This document shows positions 1 through 10,080 of a stretch of 64,000 nucleotides of DNA, piece by piece. Made by a program: the position numbers and the translations under genes. Below the pieces are notes generated by a model that saw only the letters and a list, made by a program, of their open reading frames with translations, was not told where the DNA came from and did no database searches. Each line of letters opens with the position of its first letter. The stretch's first letter is position 1. The stretch lies in the NCBI GenBank assembly GCA_004431415.1, contig QPMI01000402.1, positions 62,001 through 126,000 of the forward strand, read 5' to 3'. The stretch comes from Cyanophora paradoxa CCMP329. Lineage: Eukaryota; Plantae; Glaucophyta.

Positions 1-758
1 ATCTCGACAAAGGCAAACTTGCCCGTCGGGTAGACAAAGAGGACGCGCCAGCCCATCGAAGGCTCGTACCCGAACCAGCCCGTCTCGACGGGAAACAGGT
101 TTTGACCCTCGGTCCACGCGCGCCGGGCGATGCCGACGTGCCGAAAGGTCGCGGTGGCGCCGTCGGAGACGTACAGCGAGTCGAGGCCGCGCTCGTCGCG
201 GCAGACGAGGGCGAGCGCGTTTCCGCCGAGGTCGCGCAGGAAGCGGGCGCCGGCCGGGTCCGTGCGGGCCCTCTTGCAGGCGGCGGCGCGCCCGGGGTCG
301 AGCCAGAGGGCGACGGTCGCCGGCGCGTCGTTGTCGCCGTGCGCGGACCACTCCAGGAGGACGGCAGAGTCGCGCGCGTCGGCCTTGGCGTTTGACGGGC
401 GCTCCGCGTCCGCGAGGGCCTTGGGATCCCACCGGAGGAGCGGGCTGTCGCGCGCCGCGGCGAGGTCGATGCGGGCAATGGCCGTCAGGACGCCCGCGCG
501 CGCGCGGAGGGAGCGGACGTCGACGGTCACGCCGCGCTCCGCCAGCGGCCCGAGGGCGACGGCGCGCGCGCCGGCGGGGTGGCAAAGGAAGAGCGACAGC
601 GGGGTCCCGTCGGCGGCGGCCGTTGCATAGGCGGTAAACGGGCCGCAGGTGGCGAGCGAGCCGGAGACGATGCTCTCGCCGTCGGGGATGGGAACGCCCG
701 CGCTCGGGTCGCCGCGCTGCGGCTGCTTCGTAAAGGACGGCGAGGCCGCGCGTTTCAT
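1..758 (-). CDS. Intronless hypothetical protein, runs off the window end (MKRAASPSFTKQPQRGDPSAG...FPVETGWFGYEPSMGWRVLFVYPTGKFAFVE...)
   Basis: ATG at 758-756 with an open frame to position 1, translated by hand (absent from the ORF track because no stop lies in the window). Natural-looking composition; co-oriented downstream of the F-box-like gene. Confidence 0.65.
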   Translation of the reverse strand, partial: MKRAASPSFTKQPQRGDPSAGVPIPDGESIVSGSLATCGPFTAYATAAADGTPLSLFLCHPAGARAVALGPLAERGVTVDVRSLRARAGVLTAIARIDLAAARDSPLLRWDPKALADAERPSNAKADARDSAVLLEWSAHGDNDAPATVALWLDPGRAAACKRARTDPAGARFLRDLGGNALALVCRDERGLDSLYVSDGATATFRHVGIARRAWTEGQNLFPVETGWFGYEPSMGWRVLFVYPTGKFAFVE

Positions 759-861
759 GGTGTCGCGGATGTGGAATGAGCAAAAGTGCGATGGCGGGCG
801 CGCTCTAAGGAGCGCGTGGGCGGCGCCGGATTCGTGCGAAATAGGTTTGGTTCCATTCGAT

Positions 862-2040
862 TCACAAACAGTCCAGCCAGGCGGACGCGGGGGGTACTTC
901 GACGATGCGAAATCCGCTTTGCATGGTGGGGATGGTGACGGCGACGGCGGGGCCGCGCGCCGCGGCGGCCCAAGCGACGATGGTGGACGAGGTCGGGCCG
1001 TAGAGGGCGAGTACGCGGGGCGGGGGTTCCACCTCGCTCGCGCGGCCGTCGTGGCTCACGCGAAAGAATCCGAGCTCGTCCTTCGAGTCGCCCTCGGCGC
1101 GCGCGTACTTGCAAACGCGTCCCGCCAGGTAGGAGACTCTGCTCCGGTCTCGGAGGGCCCTGCCGGCGATCGGCATCGTTTGACCGTCGGGCCCGACGAA
1201 GACCTCCCGCTCCTCTGAACAAGCAATGAGCCAGCCGTCGGCAAACGGGACGATCATTTGGGTATTGATGCTGGCGAGAGGCGAGCCCGCCGGGGCGAGC
1301 TCGATGCGCCTCGCGGTTCCGTCGCCGACGTTTACCACGAGCAAAGCCGCTCCGTTGGCCATGGCGTCGGCGTTGTTGGTGGCGTTGGGGGCGTCGGTGA
1401 TGGTAAATAGAACAGAGGTGCAGCGTGCGTTAATCCGGTGGGCCGGCCTGGAGTGAAACGATTGCGCTTCCGCCATGATCGCGTTTGCGTGCTCGGCGAG
1501 GTCCAAGAGGATGCGGGGTGGGGCGCCGACGGGCCAGGAGACTATCGACCCCGGTTCGTCGGCGGCGGCGTTGAACGGAGCGGCCTGGAAGCGAACTTCG
1601 CCGTCGTCGGCCACCCAGAGGCCCGAGAGGCGCGGGCGGAGTTCCATGCGTGCGAGGACGGCCGCGGGGAGCGTGTCCACGGCGCCGGAAGGGTCGATGC
1701 GTAGGAGCGCCTCGGGTTGGATCGCGAGCGAGGCGGGCGCGCGCTCGACGGCGAACCAGCGCGCGTCGGGGCTGGGGGCGACGCGCCGCACCGCCCACTC
1801 GCCCTCGGGACGCCAGCGCCCGCCGCCGCGGCGGACGAGCGGGCCGGCGCGTGCGGCAAGGCGTTGCTTCCAAAAGGGCATGGTCGATTCGGCGTCGATG
1901 GTTGCGACGTAGCACTCGTCGGCGGCGCTCGCGAAAGCGTCGCGATCCTCTGCGTCGAGATGCGAGGCGATCATTGCGAGGACCTCGCGCGGGAAGACGC
2001 ACGTGGACGCCGCGCGCTGCCGCTTGCGTGGCGGCGGCAT
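862..2040 (-). CDS. Intronless F-box-like protein (~392 aa) with a beta-rich C-terminal region
   Basis: Likely start MPPPRKRQR (NLS-like) at 2040, then FPREVLAMIASHLDAEDRDAFASAADECY, matching the F-box pattern LP-E-(I/V)L-xI-xxL. CATAAAAG lies 40 nt upstream. Confidence 0.6.
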   Translation of the reverse strand: MPPPRKRQRAASTCVFPREVLAMIASHLDAEDRDAFASAADECYVATIDAESTMPFWKQRLAARAGPLVRRGGGRWRPEGEWAVRRVAPSPDARWFAVERAPASLAIQPEALLRIDPSGAVDTLPAAVLARMELRPRLSGLWVADDGEVRFQAAPFNAAADEPGSIVSWPVGAPPRILLDLAEHANAIMAEAQSFHSRPAHRINARCTSVLFTITDAPNATNNADAMANGAALLVVNVGDGTARRIELAPAGSPLASINTQMIVPFADGWLIACSEEREVFVGPDGQTMPIAGRALRDRSRVSYLAGRVCKYARAEGDSKDELGFFRVSHDGRASEVEPPPRVLALYGPTSSTIVAWAAAARGPAVAVTIPTMQSGFRIVEVPPASAWLDCL

Positions 2041-2344
2041 GGTGGGGATGGGGGTAAGGAGGCGACGGCCGCGCGCTTCCCTTTTATGGGTCTCGATCCT
2101 CGGGCGGGGGGCCCATGGAAGGGGTGGGGGGGGGGGAGGGGGCGTGCGGGCGGGGTCCGTCGCCCGCGCGCGGGCATGGTAAACGCGCGCGTCGATCCGG
2201 CCCGGCGCTCGCGCGGGGCAGGAGGGGGAAGCGGGGAGGGGGGGGGGGCGAGGGGCGAGGGAGGGTGGACGCATAAAAGGGAGAGGTCCTGGTTCGGGGA
2301 TCGAGCGTGGTCACCGTCACCCCCACGTCCTCGCTCGCGACGGC

Positions 2345-2860
2345 ATGGATTCCGATTCCAACGTCTCGCCGCCAAAGAGCCCCTCGGACCTGTCCCGCGG
2401 TGCCGTCCGGGACGATAAAGGGCGCGTCGTCGAGGCGTGGTGCACTCGCTGTCGAACGAGGAAGCCGGCGTCGGAATATACGCCCTCCAAGATCAGAATG
2501 CACACGTACGAGTGCCGTGCCTGCGTTTCGGCGCGGAAGCGCGCAATGCGCGAGGCGTTTAACGCGCTGCATCCTCGAACTCCGGCGGTCCGGCCTCGCG
2601 CCGTGGTGGTCGTCGTCGAGGATGGGGCGGACCGCAAAGCTCGCCGGTGCTGGAGGTGCAAGGAAACAAAGCCATTGGACGAGTACACAAAGGGGATAAC
2701 GTGCTGCCGCGCGTGCACTCGGGAGCGGAATCGCGAGTGGCGTCGTAAACAGGCGGAAATGCGGCTCGCGGTGATCAAGGCGGGTATCTGGTCGCCGAAG
2801 CGCGCTGCTCTCAGGATATCTGTGGAAAAAGACGATCTGGAGATGTCAACGTTTACGTAA
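2345..2860 (+). CDS. Small protein with two C4 zinc ribbons (CxxC-xxxK-xxxxY-...-CxxC)
   Basis: CTRCRTRKPASEY...ECRAC and CWRCKETKPLDEY...CCRAC, each followed by a basic helix. Intronless; CATAAAAG at 2272-2279; AT-rich 3' flank. Confidence 0.7.
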   Translation: MDSDSNVSPPKSPSDLSRGAVRDDKGRVVEAWCTRCRTRKPASEYTPSKIRMHTYECRACVSARKRAMREAFNALHPRTPAVRPRAVVVVVEDGADRKARRCWRCKETKPLDEYTKGITCCRACTRERNREWRRKQAEMRLAVIKAGIWSPKRAALRISVEKDDLEMSTFT

Positions 2861-3016
2861 GGGGAGACGAATGACTAGCTGTATTAAAAGATGTAATTAT
2901 AAAATAACGTCAGCTGCCCTTGGGATGGTTCTTTGAAGACGCAATGAATGTAAAGTTTTCAAATGCGGCGTTGTGGTTTACGGAACGGCGTTATAATGGT
3001 ACATTCCTCGGTGTAG

Positions 3017-4432
3017 CTGACGGGAGCGAGGTCGTGCCGCCGGCGCCGCGCAGTAGAGGCCCGGGGGACCCCTCGGGAAGTTGATGAGAGCCGGGCCGCC
3101 CCGCGGCAACGCGTGGGCGGGGCGGCGCCAGGGGCCGCGTCGTCGCTGATGGGAGCGAGGTCGTGCCGCCGGCGCCGCGCAGTAAGAGGCCGGGGGGACC
3201 CCTCGGGAAGTTGATGAGAGCCGGAACGCCCCGGGGCGACGCGCGGGCGGGCGGCGGCTAAGGCCGCGTCATCGCTGACGGGAGCGAGGTCGTGCCGCCG
3301 GCGCCGCGCAGTAGGAGGCCCGGGGGACCCCTCGGGAAGTTGATGAGAGCCGGGCCGCCCCGCGGCGACGCGTGGGCGGGGCGGGACGGCGGCAGAGGTC
3401 GCGTCGTCGCTGACGCGAGCGAGCCCGTGCCGTTGGCGCCGCGCAGTAGAGGCCGGGGGGACCCCTCGGGAAGTTGATGAGAGCCGGGCCGCCCCGCGGC
3501 GACGCGTGGGCGGGGCGGGGCGGCGGCAGAGGTCGCGTCGTCGCTGACGGGAGCGAGGTCGTGCCGCCGGCGCCGCGCAGTAGAGGCCCGGGGGACCCCT
3601 CGGGAAGTTGATGAGAGCCGGGACGCCCCGGGGCGACACGCGGGCGGGGCGGCGGCTAAGGCCGCGTCGTCGCTGACGGGAGCGAGGTCGTGCCGCCGGC
3701 GCCGCGCAGTAGAGGTCGGGGGGACCCCTCGGGAAGTTGATGAGAGCCGGGCCGCCCCGCGGCGACGCGTGGGCGGGGCGGGGCGGCGCCAGGGGCCGAG
3801 TCGTCGCTGACGGGAGCGAGGTCGTGCCGCCGGCGCCGCGCAGTAGAGGTCGGGGGGACCCCTCGGGAAGTTGATGAGAGCCGGGCCGCCCCGCGGCGAC
3901 GCGTGGGCGGGGCGGGGCGGCGCCAGGGGCCGAGTCGTCGCTGACGGGAGCGAGGTCGTGCCGCCGGCGCCGCGCAGTAGAGGTCGGGGGGACCCCTCGG
4001 GAAGTTGATGAGAGCCGGGCCGCCCCGCGGCGACGCGTGGGCGGGGCGGGGCGGCGGCAGAGGTCGCGTCGTCGCTGACGCGAGCGCGCCCGTGCCGTTG
4101 GCGCCGCGCAGTAGAGGCCCGGGGGACCCCTCGGGAAGTTGATGAGAGCCGGGCCGCCCCGCGGCGACGCGTGGGCGGGGCGGGGCGGCGCCAGGGGCCG
4201 CGTCGTCGCTGACGGGAGCGAGGTCGTGCCGCCGGCGCCGCGCAGTAGAGGCCGGGGGGACCCCTCGGGAAGTTGATGAGAGCCGGGCCGCCCCGCGGCG
4301 ACGCGTTGGCGGGGCGGCAGCAGGGGCCGAGTCGTCGCTGACGGGAGCGAGGTCGTGCCGCCGGCGCCGCGCAGTAGGAGGCCCGAATGACCCCTCGGGA
4401 AGTTGATGCGAGCCGGGTCGCCCCACGGCGAC
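3017..4432. repeat. GC-rich tandem array, ~11 x 129-135 bp
   Basis: Unit CTGACGGGAGCGAGGTCGTGCC...GGGACCCCTCGGGAAGTTGATGAGAGCCGG... recurs at about 3017, 3146, 3275, 3410, 3544, 3672, 3806, 3941, 4075, 4209 and 4338. Confidence 0.95.
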
Positions 4433-4726
4433 GTGCGCGGTTGTAAACGTGCACGTGTAATATTTTCAGTTGGTATGATAAAATACTAAGTATTCAGATC
4501 TAGAGTTTCGTACGTCTTCATGTCGACGACTCGAATTACTGACTAGATCTTTAGGATACTATCTTTTTAGATCTTTAGGATACCATGATACACTTAGGAG
4601 AACGGGGAACGTATAAAATTATCTATAGTCGGGCATGTGTACGAATAACTAGGATATAGCCAGTATCAGTTCGCCACCTTCTAGTGATTTTAGGTACACT
4701 ACATAGCCCAGAGCCTTCCCCGTAAA

Positions 4727-5590
4727 CGCGGCGGCGCCGGCGGGCCGCTCCCACCAGCCGCCCCGAGGGGTCCCGCCCGCCCCGTATCCGCGGCGGCGCC
4801 GGCGGGCCGCTCTCACCAGCCACCCCGAGGGGTCCCGCCCGCCCCGTATCCGCGGCGGCGCCGGCGGGCCGCTCTCACCAGCCACCCCGAGGGGTCCCGC
4901 CCGCCCCGTATCCGCGGCGGCGCCGGCGGGCCGCTCTCACCAGCCGCCCCCAGGGGTCCCGCCCGCCCCGTATCCGCGGCTGCGCCGGCGGGCCGCTCTC
5001 ACCAGCCGCCCCGAGGGGTCCCGCCCGCCCCGTATCCGCGGCTGCGCCGGCGGGCCGCTCTCACCAGCCGCCCCGAGGGGTCCCGCCCGCCCCGTATCCG
5101 CGGCGGCGCCGGCGGGCCGCTTTCACCAGCCGCCCCGAGGGGTCCCGCCCGCCCCGTATCCGCGGCGGCGCCGGCGGGCCGCTCTCACCAGCCACCCCGA
5201 GGGGTCCCGCCCGCCCCGTATCCGCGGCGGCGCCGGCGGGCCGCTTTCACCAGCCGCCCCGAGGGGTCCCGCCCGCCCCGTATCCGCGGCGGCGCCGGCG
5301 GGCCGCTCTCACCAGCCGCCCCGAGGGTCCCGCCCGCCCCGTATCCGCGGCGGCGCCGGCGGGCCGCTCTCACCAGCCACCCCGAGGGTCCCGCCCGCCC
5401 CGTATCCGCGGCGGCGCCGGCGGGCCGCTCTCACCAGCCGCCCCGAGGGGTCCCGCCCGCCCCGTATCCGCGGCGGCGCCGGCGGGCCGCTCTCACCAGC
5501 CACCCCGAGGGGTCCCGCCCGCCCGTATCCGCGGCGGCGCCGGCGGGCCGCTCTCACCAGCCGCCCCAGGGTCCCGCCCGCCCGCCCATA
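4727..5590. repeat. GC-rich tandem array, ~14 x 61 bp
   Basis: Unit GCGGCGGCGCCGGCGGGCCGCTCTCACCAGCCGCCCCGAGGGGTCCCGCCCGCCCCGTATCC repeated head to tail. Confidence 0.95.
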
Positions 5591-5699
5591 TCCCCCCCCC
5601 CCCCCCACGCCATACCTCGCGTGCACATAAAAGCCCCATCCCACGGTCCCGGGGGCGCGCTCGAGCATCGATATCAAAGCCACCGACACGCCCATAACC

Positions 5700-6398
5700 A
5701 TGCCCATCTCCGCGGGCGACGCCCAGACGACGCGCGAGCTCCTCCTCATCGGCGTCAGCATCCCACCGTCCCTCCCAACGAGCGCCGCGCGCAGCATCCT
5801 CTCCCAAACAACGCTCTCCGCGTGCGCATCCTGCCGGCGCCGCAACGACGGAGGCCAGTGCCCGCTCACCGGTAAACGCACCTGCGCCCATTGCTGCGCG
5901 CCGGTCCGACTCCGAGCCGCGGCGACGTTTGCCGCCCTCCCGGCGTCGGCCGCCCGTGCCCTCCCCCAACTGACCGGCCACCCCGGATGGACCACGCGCG
6001 CGGCCGCCATGTCCGAGGCCGACCGGCGGCGCGAGACCCGCGCCCCGCCGGGCGCCGACTCGGCCGACGCGCTCTCCGAGCGATTCGGACTCGACCGCCG
6101 TCTCTTCAACGTCCCCGGAGGAATACTCGCCGTGGGATACTGCCCCCGAACGCTCGAGGAGCGGTACGACTTGGCGTCGACCCGCCGTTGGGCCGAGGAC
6201 CGCCACGGGCCCGACCCCGAGGCCGCCGCGCAGCGTAAATGCGAGGATCGCGCACGCCGGAAGGAGCTCCTACTTTGGCGCCGCGACGAGCAGCGACGGG
6301 CGGCGCTGCAGGCACCCGCGAGCCCCGCCGCCGCGTTTACCGCCCACGATGCGTTTTACGGGGAGCATGGGCCCGTAAACGGTCTACACAGAGTTTGA
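5700..6398 (+). CDS. Intronless protein with a C4 zinc finger and an XPA-like DNA-binding C-terminal region
   Basis: CASC...CPLTGKRTCAHC, then ERFGL...RYDLASTRRWAEDRHGPDPEAAAQRKCEDRARRKE, resembling the XPA/Rad14 C-terminal Y-L..V..A...xG + long basic helix pattern. CATAAAAG at 5626-5633. Confidence 0.5.
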   Translation: MPISAGDAQTTRELLLIGVSIPPSLPTSAARSILSQTTLSACASCRRRNDGGQCPLTGKRTCAHCCAPVRLRAAATFAALPASAARALPQLTGHPGWTTRAAAMSEADRRRETRAPPGADSADALSERFGLDRRLFNVPGGILAVGYCPRTLEERYDLASTRRWAEDRHGPDPEAAAQRKCEDRARRKELLLWRRDEQRRAALQAPASPAAAFTAHDAFYGEHGPVNGLHRV

Positions 6399-6833
6399 TA
6401 TCTCGTTTACATTGCAATTGAAAATCTCGAGCTGCCGGACTTGAGTACCAAATATACCCCCACCGACACCGTCTTCATTTAATTCAGCACCCACACCACC
6501 GCTCCGCGGCGCGCATGCGCAAATACCAACTTCACGCGCGCGCGCCTCGATCAGGTCCCCACATACATTTACTCTCCCGATCACAGACGAAACGCGCATG
6601 CCCTCTGTTCAGGCTGCACGCAGCGGGACGCGCGGCGACAGCGCGCGCTCCGGCGGGACCGGGGCGGGAATTCGGGCGCGCGGCCGGCCCGCCGCCCCCC
6701 GCGAGACGATCCCCCACCCCCACCCGCCACCCCCTCCGGCGCCCCGACGCCCACGCACGGATAAATACATGCCAGAGAATACGGATCTAGGAGGGGGCGA
6801 GCGCGCAGCGGGCGGGCGGGGGGCGCCGTCGCC

Positions 6834-7631
6834 ATGGCAAGAATCAAGCAGGCGGGGAAGAAATCGACGGGGAGCATGGCCCCGCGCAGGCGCCTCGCCA
6901 CCAAGGCCGCTCGGAAGAGCGCGCCGGCGGCGGGAGGCGTAAAGAAGCCCCACAGGCGCGCCGTCCCGTCCGCCCCGCGCGCGTCGCCGCGTGCACGTGA
7001 CCGCCGCGCGTAGGTACCGCCCAGGTGCGTCCGCCGCGCCCCTCCCGCGCGGTCCCTGCGCGCGCCGCGGTTGAGAGGTGCGCGCCGGGCGCCAAAGGCA
7101 CGGTCGCGCTCAGGGAGGCCCGTTCCCCACCCTCCCCCGCCCCCCAACTAGACGCCGTACCCCGCTCGCCGCCGCTAACCGTCGCTTCCCCGCACCCGGG
7201 GCGGGCGTAAACGCACCCCGCAGATACGCAAGTACCAGAAGACCTTCAACCCTTTGATCCGATTCGCTCCCTTTGAGCGCCTGGTGAGCCCGGAGTGAGC
7301 CGGGCGCGGGGCGCCGGGCGACGGGGCGGACCGGCAGGTGAAAGAGATCGCTGACGACGAGAAGAAGCGCCGCGTAGAGGCCGGATTCACCGCCGAGGAC
7401 CTGAGATGGAGTAAGGACGCCATCCTGGCGATGCGCGAAGCGGCCGAAATGCACGCCATCAACGTGCTCGGGGAGCGAATTTGCTCGCCCTTCACCGGAA
7501 TCGCATCACGATTCAGCCCAAGGTGGGGGCCCGCGCCGCCCGCCGCCGCCGCGCGCGCCGACGCCCGCCGCCGCCGCGCGCGCCAGGACATCCAGCTGCG
7601 CCGCCGGATCCGCGAGGAGGAGAGCGGCTGA
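6834..7631 (+). CDS. H3: Divergent histone H3 variant with a CenH3-like histone fold; 6 exons: 6834-6955, 7014-7024, 7098-7117, 7224-7283, 7338-7522, 7587-7631
   Basis: Spliced translation [117 protein letters not shown](A)[29 protein letters not shown]. Requires one missing G near 7475. Confidence 0.9.
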
Positions 7632-8314
7632 CGGGCGAGCGGGGCGCGGATCAGACGGGGAGGACGAGGCCGGACGCGGGCGAGGGGAGGGGGGACCGTA
7701 CCCGACGGCAAAGCCCGCCGCCGCTCCATCATGTACAGACCGCACGAATACGCAACGCCTGGGCGCATGGTCAACGGAAAGGGCGGCGGGGGGGGGAGGG
7801 GTGGGGGATGGGGCGGGCGGGGGGTACGCGTACTCGTCACCGGCTCCCGCCGGGATGAAACTCGAGCGCGGCGAAGGGCGTGGGTGCGTCGTTCAACGGC
7901 GACCCGGGCCGTTGATCCACGGGTAGGTAGGCGGGGGCGGGCGGCGCGGGGCGGGGCGGCGCGGGCGGGGCGGGGCGGGTGGGCGGGCGGGTCCGGCGGC
8001 GCGCGCGGGGCTCGACCAACGCCGCGTGCGGTCGGCCCGCCGGCGGCGCGCCCTCGACGGGGTCGCGCACGAGCGGGCGCGAGTCCTGCGCCGAGGCGGC
8101 CGTGAGGGCGGCGTCGGTGCGGGGCGGGCGGGCGCAGGCCGGGGCGCGGCGCACCGTAGAGAGAGAGAGGGGGGGGGAACCGCCTGTGGTGCGCCGCGTC
8201 TCCGCGACGACAGAGAGGGCCGCCGGCGAGGCGCGGGCGCTGGCCCGGCCGCTAGCTATCATCGTGCGTGGAGCGAGAGGCGGCGCGCGGGGAGCGGGGA
8301 CGCGGCGCCCGCCG

Positions 8315-8530
8315 CCCACGGCGTCCATCGAGTGCTGACCGCATCTTAGCTACTGCAAAGAGGTCGCTAACGGGCCGCGGGTGGACTGCGGGCACTAGGC
8401 CCAGTTCCACGGGCGCGGGGAACGGGGGCCGCCGCGCCCGCCGCCCACAGCGCCCATCGAGGGCTGACCGCATCTTAGCTACTGCGAAGAGGTCGCCGGC
8501 GGCTCGCGGGTGGACTGCGAGCACTAGGGC
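8315..8530. repeat. Two ~130-bp direct repeats
   Basis: CCATCGAG-GCTGACCGCATCTTAGCTACTGC-AAGAGGTCGC...GGTGGACTGCG-GCACTAGG occurs twice. Confidence 0.8.
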
Positions 8531-8809
8531 GATGCGCAAGCTCGCCGCGCGACGGGAGCGAGCCGAAACGCGTTCCGGGGCGTCAAGTCCACCCGGAAGG
8601 GCGCAGCTGCCTCCGCTACGATCACTGGGCGGAGCGGGAGAGGCGCGAACCACCGCAGGAGACCCCGGCGCGCCAGGCCGGCGGTGAAAGCGCCGCTGGG
8701 TCGCTAGAGCTGCTGGCAGCGCCGGAGCAAGCGGAACGACGAGATTGCGAGAGCTTGGACCTCGCCCCGTCGGGTGCTGCGATTGTAACCGTACCCGGCC
8801 GCACCGAGT

Positions 8810-9270
8810 TCCCCCCCGAGTCAACTTTTGATCTCGCCCCGCCGACCCGGCGGCTAGCGCTCCTTTTCCCGACGCACTTCGAAGAGGCGGCCGCCCCGCA
8901 GAATATGAGCTATTAGGTGAGTGAGATATCGAACTCGAGCGTTTCTAGCTCCCCCAGTCAACTTCTGATCTCGCCCCGCCGGCCCGCGGCCGGCGGCTCT
9001 TTCTCCCGACGCGCTTCGAAGAGGCGGCCGCCCCGCAGAATATGAGCTATTCGGTGAGTGAGATATCGAACTCGCGCGTTTCTAGCTCCTCCAGTCAACT
9101 TCTGATCTCGCCCCGCGCGCCGCAGCGCCGCGCGGCGCCGGCCCCGCGGCCCTTTCTCCCGACGCTCTTGGAAGAGGCACTCGAGCCGCAGAATATAAGC
9201 TATTCAGTGATGGAGCTATCAAACTTAAGCGTTTCTAGTTCCCCCAGTCAACTCGAGATCTCGCCCCGGC
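8810..9270. repeat. About 3.5 x 140-150 bp diverged tandem repeats, possibly transposon subterminal repeats
   Basis: CCGCAGAATATGAGCTATT-GGTGAGTGAGATATCGAACTCG-GCGTTTCTAGCTCCCCCAGTCAACTT at about 8895, 9033 and 9187. Confidence 0.8.
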
Positions 9271-9287
9271 CCGCCGGCCCGGCGGCC

Positions 9288-9343
9288 CTCATGATCATGA
9301 CTCAGTGATCATGATCATGATCATGATCATGATCATGATCATT
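9288..9343. repeat. (ATCATG)n microsatellite, self-complementary as an array
   Basis: Direct read; the same TCATGA-rich style recurs at 43390-43530 and its duplicates. Confidence 0.9.
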
Positions 9344-10080
9344 GAAACTTGAAAGATGGAATTTAATTTATATCATAGTATCATCGTTCCAAAAAGATAC
9401 AAGCCTTGAAGCTTAAGTCTTATAGCGATCATGACTCCCAAGCTTATAATTAAGCTTCATAGTGATCATGATCATGACTGTCCGACGGTCGGACGTAGCT
9501 GTCAAGATATGTATACGTATATAATTATATAAACTATGATACAAGCTTACTTAAGTTAAGCCTTGAAGCCTAATAGTAATCATATCTTAAGCTTAGCTGG
9601 TGCGGGCCCGGACCGGAGCTCGAGCGACATGTACATGTACATTTCAGAACGTGGAGACATGCATGCATATGTACATGTCATGATCATGACCCAGATCCAG
9701 AGGCCGACTCTCACTCCTATAGTAATTCGTTTATAGGATAATAGCATCCTCGTATCAACCCGCACCCGCCGCGCGCACTGCGACCTCGAATCGGCAAGGG
9801 GCCGGGCGAGCCTCGCCCCCCTCGCGCCGCCGTAAGCAGAGCCCAGCCGGGGCGCCGCCGAGCACGCCCATTACCTCGCGCCCGCCCGCTCTACGCGTGG
9901 GATAGCTCGCGGGCCCCCGCGCGCGCGTCGAAGCGCGGCCCCTCCTGCCAGGTACCCGCGGGGCCGGGGGCCCGATAGTAGTGATTCCGGGTCCGCTCCA
10001 AACCAGCGCCCCGTGCACGTAGCGGGTGCTGGTAGGAGCGCGATACGGCATCTAGTTCCCTGCCAATCGCCTCCACGAAT

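Noticed and set aside
3017-4432. Possible CRISPR array or hammerhead-ribozyme (retrozyme) repeats (TTGATGAG motif)
   Set aside because: No unique spacers and no cas genes; the hammerhead core needs CTGANGA plus GAAA, which is absent.
2959-5590. Long ORFs (226-398 aa) across the GC-rich arrays
   Set aside because: Open in several frames only because the repeat units lack stops; translations are low-complexity R/P/A/G.
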